Source: Bacteroidales bacterium
Lineage (GTDB): Bacteria; Bacteroidota; Bacteroidia; Bacteroidales; Cfx3-03
Assembly: GCA_963663125.2 (NCBI GenBank)
Contig: CAXXNW010000001.1
Span: forward strand, 253,497-317,496
DNA: 64,000 nucleotides
Direction: 5' to 3'
Shown here: positions 1 to 10,716 of the stretch, in pieces
Layout: the number at the start of each line of letters is the position of its first letter
How positions within the stretch are numbered: the first letter of the stretch is position 1
Program-made: the position numbers and the translations under genes
Notes under the pieces: model-generated
Database searches by the model: none
Told to the model about the DNA's origin: nothing
The model's input: the letters and a program-made list of their open reading frames with translations, nothing else

Positions 1-306
1 AATACAAAGTCGTGAATTTGTCAGAAAAGTTGTAGCGATTATCAATGACTTTGATTTCCGGCTTTATAAAGACCAAGCGATATACATATTTCATAACAAT
101 ACGGATAACTTCAAATCTTCTTTCAACGCTCTATGATCATCCTTTCATGAATCGTCCGGTAGACAAACTTCCTAAAAAAAGACACAGCTAAAATTAATCA
201 ATAAAAAATCATTAATTTCACAAACGATATTAAAACATTTTGAAATAGCACTTAAATTTATCGCAAAAGCTTTTCATTAATCCCCCATCTTAAATTCAAA
301 AACATA

Positions 307-786
307 ATGAGCACAGCTATTCTATTTGCAAGTAACCATGGTACGACCGAAAAAGTAGCCTCACAAATCGCTACACAACTTGAAGAGCACAAACCGATCG
401 TCATTAATCTAAAAAAGGATCCAAATCCCGACTTAACCGGTTATAGCACCATTTTAATCGGTGGATCGATCCATGCAGGCGGAATACAGAAAGCGGTAAC
501 TGCATTGATCAAAAACAATAAAGATGTTTTGCTACAAAAAAAGGTAGCCCTATTTCTATGCTGTATGGAAGAAAAAAAAGCAGAGGAGGAATTTAATACG
601 GTTTATCCTGACTGGTTGAGAGCTCATGCCACGAGCAAAAAGATTATTGGAGGTGAATTTAATTTTGAAAAGATGAACTTTTTTGAAAAATTCCTCATTA
701 AGAAGATTTCAGGAGTGAAGGAATCGGTCTCTAAAATAGATAATACCCAAATCAATGCACTTGTTGAGGATATAAGAACAGTATAA
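307..786 (+). CDS. flavodoxin-domain protein (short flavodoxin / HemG-like fold)
   Basis: 159-aa ORF. The N-terminal 'ILFASNHGTTEKVA' resembles the flavodoxin FMN phosphate-binding loop. Confidence 0.6.
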   Translation: MSTAILFASNHGTTEKVASQIATQLEEHKPIVINLKKDPNPDLTGYSTILIGGSIHAGGIQKAVTALIKNNKDVLLQKKVALFLCCMEEKKAEEEFNTVYPDWLRAHATSKKIIGGEFNFEKMNFFEKFLIKKISGVKESVSKIDNTQINALVEDIRTV

Positions 787-789
787 TTG

Positions 790-3057
790 TCAAACGACGA
801 TCAGTCCGGCACTTCTAAGTCCTTTCCAGACTCGTGATTTAACCATCTTTTCTGATGCCGTACCGGTTATGGTTGAAAACAACACCTCGCTTTCATCAAA
901 AGTAAAAGGGTTGTTTCTCGGTTTTGATTTTTCAATAAGCGCAAAGGCAAAATCGGTTTGTTTACGGTCTGTAATGATCTCTGTTATATCACTTCCCGAA
1001 TAACAGGATAAAACAAACTCCTCGCCGCCTGATTTAGCTTTCCGAACTGTTTGGCTCAATCCATCACCCAACCAGATCAGTCTACTGTTTTTCGTTGTAT
1101 TCTCCGCTCTGTTTGTCACCAGAAACGATTCAACGAACGTTGGAGAATAAGTCGTTTTAGGCAATCTTGTCTCAAACCATGTAAAGACCTTTTTATCGAA
1201 TCCTACTCCATTCATATAATTATAGGTAGCTATTCGTAGTCCTTCACCAAATTGATCGTGATCTGTTGAAACGGAATCATTAAAATATACCTCGTTATTT
1301 GAAAAAGAGTTGGGTTGCTCGGTAATCCGTTTAACACCAAACCGTTCAGGATTACAGCCAACCGGACTATGTACCGTCATGGCAAACCGATGCCAAAATG
1401 CAGACTGAATGAGCCCCAGAGAAAAGAGCTGACGAACCACTTCCAGCGAATCTATCGTTTCCTGAGTAGTTTGCGATGGGAAGCCATACATCAGATAAGC
1501 ATGTACCATTATTCCGGCCTTCGAAAAAGCAGCACAAGCATTGGTTGCTCCAAATAGCGTGACTCCTTTATTCATCAATTGAAGCAGTCGGTCGGAAGCA
1601 ACCTCAATACCCCCAGAAACAGCAATACATCCTGACTTGGCAAGTAACCTGCATAGATCGGGGGTAAACGACTTCTCAAAACGAATATTACCCCACCACG
1701 AGACCTGCAAACCCCTACGGATAACCTCTATAGCCACCCGCTTTAAAACGGCCGGAGGAGCAGCCTCATCAACAAAATGGAAGCCCGACTGACCTGTTTG
1801 AGCCATCATTGCTTCCATCCGGTCTACCAGTATAGAGGCCGGGATGCTTTCGTAACGCGAAATATAATCAAGCGAGGTATCGCAAAAAGCACATTTGGCC
1901 CAATAGCAACCATGTGCAAGGGTTAGTTTATTCCATCGTCCATTATTCCATAACCGCAACATGGGGTTTGCAACTTCGGTCATATCCAAATACAACGAAA
2001 GCGGCAATCCTGAATAATCGGGAGTTCCACGATCTACCATCGGAATATTTTGAATGGAGTCCGGTTGAGCCACTTCGATTTTGCCCTGATAGCAAAACAT
2101 CGTTCGGATGAGGGGCTCGCCTTCTCTTTCTCCCTTTGTGACCAAAGCTTTTAGCTGTTCAATAGAATTACCGGATGCTACAAAGCCTTTCACCAATCTT
2201 TCGAGAGGTAATTCACCGTCATCAAAAGTAAGAAAGTCAAGATAATTAAATAAACGGGGATCAGAAAGCTGCCGAAGTTCCGTATTAACATACCCGCCTC
2301 CCATTACAGTTAGAATCGAAGGATATTTTTGCTTTAAAAGCGCACCACACTTTAATGCACCATAAAGATTACCGGGAAAAGGGACACAAAAACCTACAAC
2401 CTGAGGATCTGCTTTTAATAAATGTTCTTCAAATATGGAGAGCATCAACAAATCAACACTATTCTTTTGTGTCTGCTCCAACTCGACAATTAATGGATCA
2501 AACGTAGGAAGATACAAACAGAGTTTCTCTGCATATTTAATCAGTTCGAAGTTGGGCGCAACATTGGTTCTGATAAAATCAACAATATCTTCAATAAAAA
2601 GCGTTGCCAGATGAATCGCTTTATCGTGTATTCCGATTTCTCCAAAAGCCCAATCCAATTCATACACATCTTTAAACCGGTCTCCTTCCGGAAGATACTG
2701 ACGCGTACAGATACGTTGCGCCAGCATGGGTTCCCGACCTCTTAGAAAACGTATTACCGCATCAACAGTATCTTCATAGCCTGAGCGACAAGCCAGCATC
2801 CTTTGTTGCGATTCCGGCATTGCATAAGTTGATCGGTTCTTAGCAACCTCACTAACCGGCACACGCTCTTCAGTCAAAGCCTCATCAAATAAGTTATGAA
2901 GAAACGACCGGGTAAATATCCGATCAACCAACATGATACCTAAATCAAGCTGTGCGACGTCATATCCGCATTTTTCAAGATAACCGGCAAGATAAGGCGA
3001 TGCCGGATAGGGTGTATTCAACTGAGTCAACGGAGGGGTCACCAATAATATTTGCAT
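790..3057 (-). CDS. large radical-SAM protein with N-terminal B12-binding-like domain
   Basis: 755-aa ORF. The N-terminal 'MQILLVTPP...' Rossmann-like start is typical of B12-binding radical-SAM proteins. It carries the Cys triad 'CYWAKCAFC' (Cx4Cx2C, radical-SAM-like). Confidence 0.65.
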   Translation of the reverse strand: MQILLVTPPLTQLNTPYPASPYLAGYLEKCGYDVAQLDLGIMLVDRIFTRSFLHNLFDEALTEERVPVSEVAKNRSTYAMPESQQRMLACRSGYEDTVDAVIRFLRGREPMLAQRICTRQYLPEGDRFKDVYELDWAFGEIGIHDKAIHLATLFIEDIVDFIRTNVAPNFELIKYAEKLCLYLPTFDPLIVELEQTQKNSVDLLMLSIFEEHLLKADPQVVGFCVPFPGNLYGALKCGALLKQKYPSILTVMGGGYVNTELRQLSDPRLFNYLDFLTFDDGELPLERLVKGFVASGNSIEQLKALVTKGEREGEPLIRTMFCYQGKIEVAQPDSIQNIPMVDRGTPDYSGLPLSLYLDMTEVANPMLRLWNNGRWNKLTLAHGCYWAKCAFCDTSLDYISRYESIPASILVDRMEAMMAQTGQSGFHFVDEAAPPAVLKRVAIEVIRRGLQVSWWGNIRFEKSFTPDLCRLLAKSGCIAVSGGIEVASDRLLQLMNKGVTLFGATNACAAFSKAGIMVHAYLMYGFPSQTTQETIDSLEVVRQLFSLGLIQSAFWHRFAMTVHSPVGCNPERFGVKRITEQPNSFSNNEVYFNDSVSTDHDQFGEGLRIATYNYMNGVGFDKKVFTWFETRLPKTTYSPTFVESFLVTNRAENTTKNSRLIWLGDGLSQTVRKAKSGGEEFVLSCYSGSDITEIITDRKQTDFAFALIEKSKPRNNPFTFDESEVLFSTITGTASEKMVKSRVWKGLRSAGLIVV

Positions 3058-3069
3058 ATTTATACAAGC

Positions 3070-3648
3070 TTAAAGACGCTTCAGAAATGTGATCAGTTGC
3101 GCTGTTGCCTTTCCTCTATGGCTGATTTCATTCTTCGCCTTCAATTCCATCTCCGCAAAGGTCTGGGAATATCCATCCGGTTGAAATACCGGATCATATC
3201 CAAATCCATCACTACCTTTGCGATCTTTGGTAATATGTCCGTTAATAATACCTTCAAAGAAATACGCTTTACCTTGTAGAATTAAACAGATAACGGTTCT
3301 AAACCGGGCTTTGCGGTTTTCCTTCCCATCCATCTCAACTAAAAGCTTGGCTAAATTAGCAGCAGAATTTTGTTCCGGTCCTGCATAGCGTGCCGAATAG
3401 ACACCCGGACGACCATCCAATGCCTCAACTTCCAAGCCGGTATCATCTGCAAAACAGTTTCGTCCGAACTTATCCCATATATAGTGCGCCTTAATGGCTG
3501 CATTACCTTCAAGCGTATCGGCTGTTTCGGCAATATCATCAAAACAATTTATATCACGCAAGCTTAATAATTTAAATTTTTCGCCTGCCAAATGAGCTAT
3601 CTCTTCGAGCTTATGTTTGTTATTAGTAGCAAAAACAAGTTCCATCAT
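3070..3648 (-). CDS. rdgB: non-canonical purine NTP pyrophosphatase (RdgB/HAM1 family)
   Basis: 192 aa with '[11 protein letters not shown]' and 'GFGYDPVF' family motifs. Confidence 0.85.
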   Translation of the reverse strand: MMELVFATNNKHKLEEIAHLAGEKFKLLSLRDINCFDDIAETADTLEGNAAIKAHYIWDKFGRNCFADDTGLEVEALDGRPGVYSARYAGPEQNSAANLAKLLVEMDGKENRKARFRTVICLILQGKAYFFEGIINGHITKDRKGSDGFGYDPVFQPDGYSQTFAEMELKAKNEISHRGKATAQLITFLKRL

Positions 3649-3762
3649 AATATGTTATTTATTAAAGGGCAAAGGTACGGTTCTGTTTTGAAAAGATTTT
3701 TTTTCATGACTATTGTTTTTGATAAATATTTCTGATTAAATTTGCAGCAGAAGTGTAATATT

Positions 3763-3843
3763 ATGCAAAGCAACTATCTTCTTCCTTTTCTACTATGGAA
3801 CCTACTCCTCATTAATCTGGGCAGGAAGCATGGCTGTTTGTAA
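3763..3843 (+). CDS. putative leu leader peptide (26 aa, 9 Leu): MQSNYLLPFLLWNLLLINLGRKHGCL
   Basis: ATG at 3763 and TAA at 3841. Leu codons sit at 3778, 3781, 3790, 3793, 3802, 3805, 3808, 3817 and 3838. It lies directly upstream of a terminator hairpin and leuA. Confidence 0.5.
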   Translation: MQSNYLLPFLLWNLLLINLGRKHGCL

Positions 3844-3878
3844 AAAGGAATTCACATAACAAGTGAAAAAAAAATTCA

Positions 3879-3912
3879 AGCGAGCCAATTTCAAAAAGGG
3901 CTCGCTTTTTTT
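3879..3912 (+). terminator. intrinsic terminator (attenuator) between leader peptide and leuA
   Basis: Stem gcgagcc (3880-3886) pairs with ggctcgc (3899-3905) and is followed by ttttttt (3906-3912). An alternative pairing exists between tggctgtttg (3831-3840) and caagcgagcca (3877-3887). Confidence 0.55.
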
Positions 3913-3934
3913 ATGTAATCAAAATCGAATAAAT

Positions 3935-5431
3935 ATGAATAACAGAGTGTACATTTTCGACACAACCCTACGCGACGGAGAACAAGTTCCGGGGTGCCAG
4001 CTTAACACTATCGAAAAGATAGAAGTAGCTCGTAAACTTGAGGCCCTTGGCGTCGATGTCATCGAAGCAGGTTTTCCGATATCTAGTCCGGGCGACTTTA
4101 AATCGGTTGTTGAAATTTCAAAAGCAGTGTGCGAACCTACCATTTGTGCCTTAACCAGAGCGGTTGAGAAAGACATTGAAGTAGCAGCCGATGCATTAAA
4201 ATATGCCCGCAAAAAACGAATTCATACAGGAATCGGAACTTCATACTATCACATATATCAAAAACTCAAATCCAACCCCGAAGAAATTATTGAACGCGCC
4301 AAAGCAGCCGTTAAATATGCCAAACATTTCGTGGAAGATGTGGAGTTCTATGCCGAAGATGCAGGACGGACTGATAATGAATATCTGGCGCGTGTAGTCG
4401 AAGCGGTTATCGGGGCAGGTGCCACCGTGGTCAACATCCCGGATACTACCGGTTACTGTCTTCCATCCGAATATGGAGAAAAGATTAAATACCTGATGGA
4501 GAATGTATCAAACATCGATAAAGCAATTCTCTCCACCCACTGTCATAATGATTTAGGAATGGCTACGGCAAACTCAATGGCAGGTCTGATAAACGGTGCG
4601 CGCCAGGTTGAAGTAACCATAAATGGAATTGGTGAACGTGCCGGTAATACCGCGCTTGAAGAGATCGCTATGATTCTTAAATGTAGATCACATCTTAATC
4701 TGACAACCGGAATCCATACCGAAAACATCTATAACACGAGTCGTCTGGTATCCAGATTAATGCGCATGCCCGTTCAACCCAATAAAGCCATTGTCGGTCG
4801 TAATGCTTTTGCCCATTCTTCCGGCATCCATCAAGACGGGGTTCTGAAAAACAGAGAGAACTATGAAATTATCGATCCGAAAGATGTTGGCATCAATGAA
4901 TCATCGATTGTCTTAACGGCACGGAGTGGTAGAGCTGCATTAAAACACCACCTCGACTTGTTAAATATTGAACTGGATAGCGATGAATTAAATGAGGTAT
5001 ACACGAAGTTTCTAAAGCTGGCCGATTCTAAAAAAGACATCACCGACGAAGATTTATTTGTGCTTGCCGGAGTAAAAAGATCGGCATTGGGTAGAAGAAT
5101 GAAGTTAGAACATCTTCAGGTACTTTGTGGACAATCTGCTATTCCTATGGCAACGATCACACTGAACATTGATGGTGAAAGTTTGACCTCTTCAGCAACA
5201 GGAAACGGACCTATCGATGCAGCATTTAGCGCCGTAAAGCAGGTCATCCAAAAGAAGGTGATACTCGAAGAATTTCTGATCCAAGCCATTACCAGAGGTA
5301 GTAACGACCTCGGCAAAGTACATGTTCAGGTTGAAAACAAAGGAAGCCTTTACTATGGATTTTCTGCAAATACAGACATTGTAACCGCTTCAGTTGAAGC
5401 ATTTATCGATGCGATTTCGAAGATACATTAA
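3935..5431 (+). CDS. leuA: 2-isopropylmalate synthase
   Basis: '[11 protein letters not shown]' and '[12 protein letters not shown]' motifs plus a C-terminal LeuA regulatory domain. I place the start at ATG 3935 (MNNRVYIF). The ORF-track GTG at 3863 would read through the terminator hairpin. Confidence 0.9.
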   Translation: MNNRVYIFDTTLRDGEQVPGCQLNTIEKIEVARKLEALGVDVIEAGFPISSPGDFKSVVEISKAVCEPTICALTRAVEKDIEVAADALKYARKKRIHTGIGTSYYHIYQKLKSNPEEIIERAKAAVKYAKHFVEDVEFYAEDAGRTDNEYLARVVEAVIGAGATVVNIPDTTGYCLPSEYGEKIKYLMENVSNIDKAILSTHCHNDLGMATANSMAGLINGARQVEVTINGIGERAGNTALEEIAMILKCRSHLNLTTGIHTENIYNTSRLVSRLMRMPVQPNKAIVGRNAFAHSSGIHQDGVLKNRENYEIIDPKDVGINESSIVLTARSGRAALKHHLDLLNIELDSDELNEVYTKFLKLADSKKDITDEDLFVLAGVKRSALGRRMKLEHLQVLCGQSAIPMATITLNIDGESLTSSATGNGPIDAAFSAVKQVIQKKVILEEFLIQAITRGSNDLGKVHVQVENKGSLYYGFSANTDIVTASVEAFIDAISKIH

Positions 5432-5790
5432 GCCTCCTGTAACATTACTATGCATCCGTTGGTTGAATTCTTTTTCAATTTTTAGATCATCAAACAGTTG
5501 ACATGTTTTATTTCTACTACATTAAAACTGTAATCAATTAATTTTGATCATATTCCAAATTAATTCAACCACCGGGTTATTATTAATGAAGTTTTATTTT
5601 AAAAGCCATATAAATCGGTTATGTGCTGATATAATTAAAGAATTCACACCCAAGTCTTAGAAAAAAGGACCTTTAACCTTAGCGACTGTTTAAATTTTAT
5701 TTTCCGGTTTCGATAAGACCTCAATATTGAACCATTCTACCGATAGTTCTTTTCTACGGGAAATCTTTTAACAGTTGCTTAATTTATTAA

Positions 5791-5824
5791 AGAAGCCCCA
5801 TGACGTTAAAATCATGAGGCTTCT
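5791..5824. terminator. hairpin, probable bidirectional terminator next to the GT2 gene stop
   Basis: Arm agaagcc-c-catga pairs with tcatg-a-ggcttct, flanked by T/A runs on both strands. Confidence 0.45.
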
Positions 5825-5829
5825 TTTCA

Positions 5830-6594
5830 TTATCGTCTATTCTGCAACCACACTTCGCGTAGCTTTAAATATTGCAATACAGCATACCACGATCCAAGCA
5901 AAGACATTACCAGACCATCCATACCATCAAGGAACCCACGTTTAAAGAAATAACTTTTTATAAAACGAAATAAAGGCGAAAACAAAAGCTTCATAGCATT
6001 AGGTCGCTTTCCTCTTTCATAAAGCATGAGCGCCTTTTCGTTAGTATATCGGTTTGTTTTATTAATATAATGCGTGATATCCCTATACGTATAGTGTTTG
6101 ATATTCTGATGAATTTTATCAACTACCGCACCTGTCCGGGTCTCAAAATAGCTATGAATAATATGCGGGCTGAACTTTCCAGCACCGTTTTTAAAGAACC
6201 TGACCTTGTAAAACGCGCTCCAACCACCATGTTTCACCAATCTACCAAAACAATAACACTCAAAACGAACTTCATAGACATCAGCAGCCTGTGATAACTT
6301 CATTATTCGGCGAATCTCTTCTTTTAGCTCATCAGTCACCACCTCATCCGCATCAAGAAAAAGGATCCAATCACCTGTACATCGTTGAATGGCTTCGTCT
6401 TTCTGCAATCCACACCCTTTATAAGGTGAGACTGTAAATACTTTAACGCCTAAAGACTCTGCTATTTCAACAGTCCGGTCGGTAGATCCGCTATCTACCA
6501 AAATCATTTCATCAGCGATATCTTTAACCGCGCTAAAGGTTTTGCCAATAATCCATTCTTCATTAAAAGACACACTACAAACAGATAAGCTCAT
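5830..6594 (-). CDS. family 2 glycosyltransferase
   Basis: 'LVDSGSTDRT' and 'FLDADE' (DxD) motifs. Confidence 0.8.
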   Translation of the reverse strand: MSLSVCSVSFNEEWIIGKTFSAVKDIADEMILVDSGSTDRTVEIAESLGVKVFTVSPYKGCGLQKDEAIQRCTGDWILFLDADEVVTDELKEEIRRIMKLSQAADVYEVRFECYCFGRLVKHGGWSAFYKVRFFKNGAGKFSPHIIHSYFETRTGAVVDKIHQNIKHYTYRDITHYINKTNRYTNEKALMLYERGKRPNAMKLLFSPLFRFIKSYFFKRGFLDGMDGLVMSLLGSWYAVLQYLKLREVWLQNRR

Positions 6595-6595
6595 A

Positions 6596-7516
6596 TTATG
6601 ATAATATTTGATAAATACGTCCTAAAAACAGATTCTGGCACATCTTTAAGGTAAGCCAAAACTTAAAAGCTGTGTAATTACGATGTTCTATACGTAGAAT
6701 ACACTCCAGGTTAATTCTTCTGGGATTAGTTCCTTTTTTTGTTGACACAAATCCAACAATACCTGTTTTTTTTATAATCTGCTTTCCAAATTCCGATCGA
6801 TGTCCATAGGGCCAACAAAAAAAATGAGCCTCTTTGTTTAAGTGCGATTCAATGAGCTCTTTATTTAAACTAACGTCTTCTGTTATTCGCTCAACAGCTT
6901 CTTCATCTGTCTCAAATCGAATAGCCGACAAATCCCGGTTCAGATAAAACTGATCTTCAAACCTTATGGCTCTTTCACTATAGCCTGAACGGGTTTTAAA
7001 GATAGGATCGCCTAATTTAAGTTCGTTCCTGTATAAATATTGCAAATTTTCATCCTTTAAATCCGCTTCCGTAGCTGACCGGATAACTTTTGTATCAATA
7101 AATACAGAAGCATGACGATGTGAGTGTAATTCAAAATCTACCAAACCGCTTTTATACATTTCCTGAATTTGATTCCAGTTTAAGTAAACCGGATTATGAC
7201 CAATAGATGCGGTATTAATGAAAATAGTTGCTTTGATTTTATATTTTTTTAATAAGGGAAATGCGATAAGATAGTTATCAACATACCCATCATCAAACGT
7301 AAGCAGACAACTATTTTCTTTTACATGAATATGCTGCAAATACAAATCATATATCTCATTAAATCTATAAGTATGAACTTTTGTTTTTTCAATAACCTTT
7401 AAAAGTTCTTCAAAGTTGGTTGGGGTATTATGAAATAAAAAAGCGGGGACTCCTTCATCCTTATAAACAAAGAAGATAATCGAAAACACCAAAATAATAA
7501 ACAGTAATGTGTGCAC
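6596..7516 (-). CDS. polysaccharide deacetylase (NodB-type) with N-terminal TM segment
   Basis: 'LTFDDGY' NodB motif and a 'HSHRH' His cluster. There is a 1-nt gap to the GT2 gene. Confidence 0.7.
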   Translation of the reverse strand: MHTLLFIILVFSIIFFVYKDEGVPAFLFHNTPTNFEELLKVIEKTKVHTYRFNEIYDLYLQHIHVKENSCLLTFDDGYVDNYLIAFPLLKKYKIKATIFINTASIGHNPVYLNWNQIQEMYKSGLVDFELHSHRHASVFIDTKVIRSATEADLKDENLQYLYRNELKLGDPIFKTRSGYSERAIRFEDQFYLNRDLSAIRFETDEEAVERITEDVSLNKELIESHLNKEAHFFCWPYGHRSEFGKQIIKKTGIVGFVSTKKGTNPRRINLECILRIEHRNYTAFKFWLTLKMCQNLFLGRIYQILS

Positions 7517-7940
7517 CTTACGCTATATTTTAAAAAAGACCATACATGAAACGGTGTAAAAGTACAACCTGTAACGATTGTTTAAAAAATAATCTTATCA
7601 TTTTTTTAAACAAATTTATTTTTATTCAATATACTGAAATTCAGAGTAAAAGTTGCGAACGAAAGATCAATATATTAAGTATATCAATATGCTAAAAGCA
7701 AACGAGACTGTCACGAAATAGGAATAGCCTCGTTTATTTTTATATTTTCGCTAATATTATCGTGTTTACTCAACAACCAGCTTTTCTCCGGTATACCTGA
7801 AATACCAGTCATCCAATAACCCGGCTGCGAATCATCATCAAAATACGCACCAAAGCACAGGCTGTTTAAATAGGGAAAGTGTTCCAGACATAAATTGGAT
7901 TAGAATAAGGCAATCTGCTGAATCAAATAATAATAAACCC

Positions 7941-9590
7941 TTAAACTTTTATACGGAAGAGCAGCTTCAAACAGATCCAGGCCGCAAGAAAGAATGAGAT
8001 ACCAAAGCTTATCTTAGCCAACAAAGGCTCAATACCCCAGTTTAATAGCATAATAGAACTCGCCAACATACCACATATCAATAATACCAATGCGATACGC
8101 TGACTAAATTGTAGTATGGTAGAACGAAACAATTTTGAATCTTTTAAATGGATTTCATGTTGTATCTTTCCCTCCTTCAGCTTATACAAAATTTCATTAG
8201 CCTGCTTTGGAAAGTCATGAATCAAAGCGAAATAATCAGCTACCGTATCATACAATTCAGTTGCAATCTTGCGGGGATCATATTTTTTTGCCACCAATAC
8301 TTTCGCATAAGGCAAAATGATGGGACCTAACGAAAGGTTTGGTGAAAGATCTGAAGCAAATTTCTGAATAGTTCCAAGCGCCTTGAGTAATAAGAAAATA
8401 TTTGAAGGGATTTGTAATTCATATTTAATAATGACATTGATACAGTCCTGCATAATCCTTGTAAAGTCCATATTTTCAAAAGGCACGTATGAATGTCGTT
8501 TTAGAAGATCATCAATTTCAAAGAGTAGCTCCTCTTCCTTATCATAAAATTTTATTCCACAAAGAGTGATTAGCGCATTAGTGATAGCCTTTGAATCCTG
8601 ACGGGCAAATCCCATAGCAAAGCTAGCAAGGAAGTTCATATGGTTCGGTTTAAGAACACCCGTCATACCAAAATCAATGAACGACAATACATTTCCGGGT
8701 AAGATAAATATATTTCCGGGATGAGGATCGGCATGAAAGAATCCATATTTTAAAACCATCTGAAGAATGATATCAGCCCCATTACGAGCAATCACATCCA
8801 GATCATACCCTTTTTGAATCATCTCTTCCGTTTTATCCGGTGAAATTCCATCAATATACTCCATCACCAGCAGACGTTTGGTAGTATAATCCATATACAC
8901 TTTGGGAATATGTATCCGGGCATCGCCTTTAAAGAGTTCATTAAACCTATTGATATTAGAAGCTTCCGAATAATAGTCGAGTTCCTTGATTATATTCTGT
9001 CCAAACTCATCAATGAGTCCCACAATATTTATAGCAGCCAATTCCGGATAATTTTCAACAGCTTTTCGGGCCAGATAACGCATCAGGTAAAGGTCGAGCT
9101 TAATCTTGTTTTCAATATGAGGTCGTTGAATCTTCACTACGACCTCCTCCCCTTCCATTAGCCGAGCCCGATAGACCTGCCCTATGGACGCCGAAGCCAG
9201 ACATTGTTTGTCAAATTCAGCGAATACATTTTCGATAGAGTCTCCCAGTTCCTTCTCAATCAATCGGAAAGCATCGTCGTCATCTAACGGAATAGCTTTT
9301 GACTGTAGCTTTTTCAGTTCAAGTCTAAATCGCTCGGAAACCATATCCGGTCTGTCTGCAAGAATTTGTCCGAATTTAATATAAGTCGGTCCCAACTCCT
9401 CAATCGTAATTCTCAAACGTTCTTGCGTAGTATGAACTTGTCGCTTGCTACCGGGACGGGGAGGGAAAAAGCCTTTTCCCCAACGACTTCTGCTTACCCA
9501 TTCGCGAAAACCGTGTTTTAATATGACGAATAAAATTTCTTTTGCCCTGATCAATTGTAAATAAGCGGTATAGATTCTAGTAATACGCAT
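7941..9590 (-). CDS. ubiB: ABC1/UbiB-family atypical kinase
   Basis: 'ASIGQVYRA', 'VVVKIQRP', 'HADPHPGNIF' and 'IDFGM' motifs, plus C-terminal TM helices. Confidence 0.85.
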   Translation of the reverse strand: MRITRIYTAYLQLIRAKEILFVILKHGFREWVSRSRWGKGFFPPRPGSKRQVHTTQERLRITIEELGPTYIKFGQILADRPDMVSERFRLELKKLQSKAIPLDDDDAFRLIEKELGDSIENVFAEFDKQCLASASIGQVYRARLMEGEEVVVKIQRPHIENKIKLDLYLMRYLARKAVENYPELAAINIVGLIDEFGQNIIKELDYYSEASNINRFNELFKGDARIHIPKVYMDYTTKRLLVMEYIDGISPDKTEEMIQKGYDLDVIARNGADIILQMVLKYGFFHADPHPGNIFILPGNVLSFIDFGMTGVLKPNHMNFLASFAMGFARQDSKAITNALITLCGIKFYDKEEELLFEIDDLLKRHSYVPFENMDFTRIMQDCINVIIKYELQIPSNIFLLLKALGTIQKFASDLSPNLSLGPIILPYAKVLVAKKYDPRKIATELYDTVADYFALIHDFPKQANEILYKLKEGKIQHEIHLKDSKLFRSTILQFSQRIALVLLICGMLASSIMLLNWGIEPLLAKISFGISFFLAAWICLKLLFRIKV

Positions 9591-9592
9591 AG

Positions 9593-9895
9593 TTAGTCAT
9601 TTTGCTTCTTATTCAACGTCTCAGTCAACTGACGAATGGCTTCAGTCAGTTCCTTGATTTCCTTACTACTGCCTTTTCCACTTCTAGCAAAGGCATTGGC
9701 AGCAATTTGTTCAGCAGTCAACTGTTCTTTAAATTCAGCCATCTGAGCGACAAGAAACTCACCAATCTTTTCGGTTTGAGCCTCATCCGTCATCACATGC
9801 TGCAAAACTTCACTTACCTTATTAATAAAAGCCTCTCGTTCGGTCAGTCCATACGAAAGAGCCATCCGGAGAAGTATCGATGCCACATCATTCAT
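9593..9895 (-). CDS. small helical protein (phasin-like), co-oriented with ubiB
   Basis: There is a 2-nt gap to ubiB. The ORF could extend to 9955, but MNDVASILL (9895) looks the more plausible start. Function is not established. Confidence 0.4.
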   Translation of the reverse strand: MNDVASILLRMALSYGLTEREAFINKVSEVLQHVMTDEAQTEKIGEFLVAQMAEFKEQLTAEQIAANAFARSGKGSSKEIKELTEAIRQLTETLNKKQND

Positions 9896-10474
9896 GAAAA
9901 AAAGATTAGTATTTCGAGCTACAAATATATTCATAATACAGTAAAAGGCTCCCATATTGGCTTTCTTGGTTTAAGCCTTTTTATATATTTGTAAAAATCA
10001 AACAGCAATTAGAGTTACTGTCATCTTATTTTGCTGATTTATACCAATAACACTGAAACCAAAATATAAGAAACTGCTTAAAAATTTTCCCAAGGAAAAA
10101 AATAACAGGTAGAAAGGTAACTATTCAGTCATTATAATACATTGAATAACAATTAAATAAATTTGTACAAAAAGCGCTAAGAAAAATAAAAATAAATACA
10201 AAGCATTGTATTTTAATTTGTTAAAGTCTGCGCATACTTAGTGCCCCCTTAAGTCTCCTTAATTGCTACATGTGTTAATTAGCTAAATATCAACATGTTT
10301 AATTGTTTTTAATAGACTGAATAGTTACGTAGTACGTAGAAAGAATGAAATTCTTCATTAAATATTGGCTCCTACGAGACAATATCAGGATCTATTGAAT
10401 CTTTTTCTATCAATATTCAGTTTCTAACGGAACCATTTCGATAATTATATCACACGCTCAGGGGTTACTTATTT

Positions 10475-10708
10475 GAGCCCACTCCGAAAACCCTTTCGTG
10501 TAGTATTTTCATTAAATAATATTACTGAATAGTGATCTCATACATCATGCAAGTTTCGGGTTACGCTGTACAGGATCATTGCTTAAATTTAACACTTTTT
10601 AGCTCAAGTTATTCTATTGGGGACCATGTTTTTTAAATACTACGGGGGCTGAATGACAACTTATTACACAATAATAATTTGGCAAAATTGACTTTTCGGA
10701 ATGAACGC
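10475..10708. repeat. degenerate, enlarged copy of the MITE-like element family
   Basis: The first ~57 nt are about 84% identical to the reverse complement of the right end of the 60774-60883 copy. The far end 'aattgacttttcgga' matches the reverse complement of the left end of the 57179 copy. No target duplication is visible. Confidence 0.45.
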
Positions 10709-10716
10709 TTGCCTTA

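Noticed and set aside
1-94. Possible 5' end of a minus-strand gene (ATG at 94, reading MKYVYRLVFIKPEIKVIDNRYNF... out of the window).
   Set aside because: Only about 31 codons are visible and there is no recognisable motif. I cannot distinguish it from chance.
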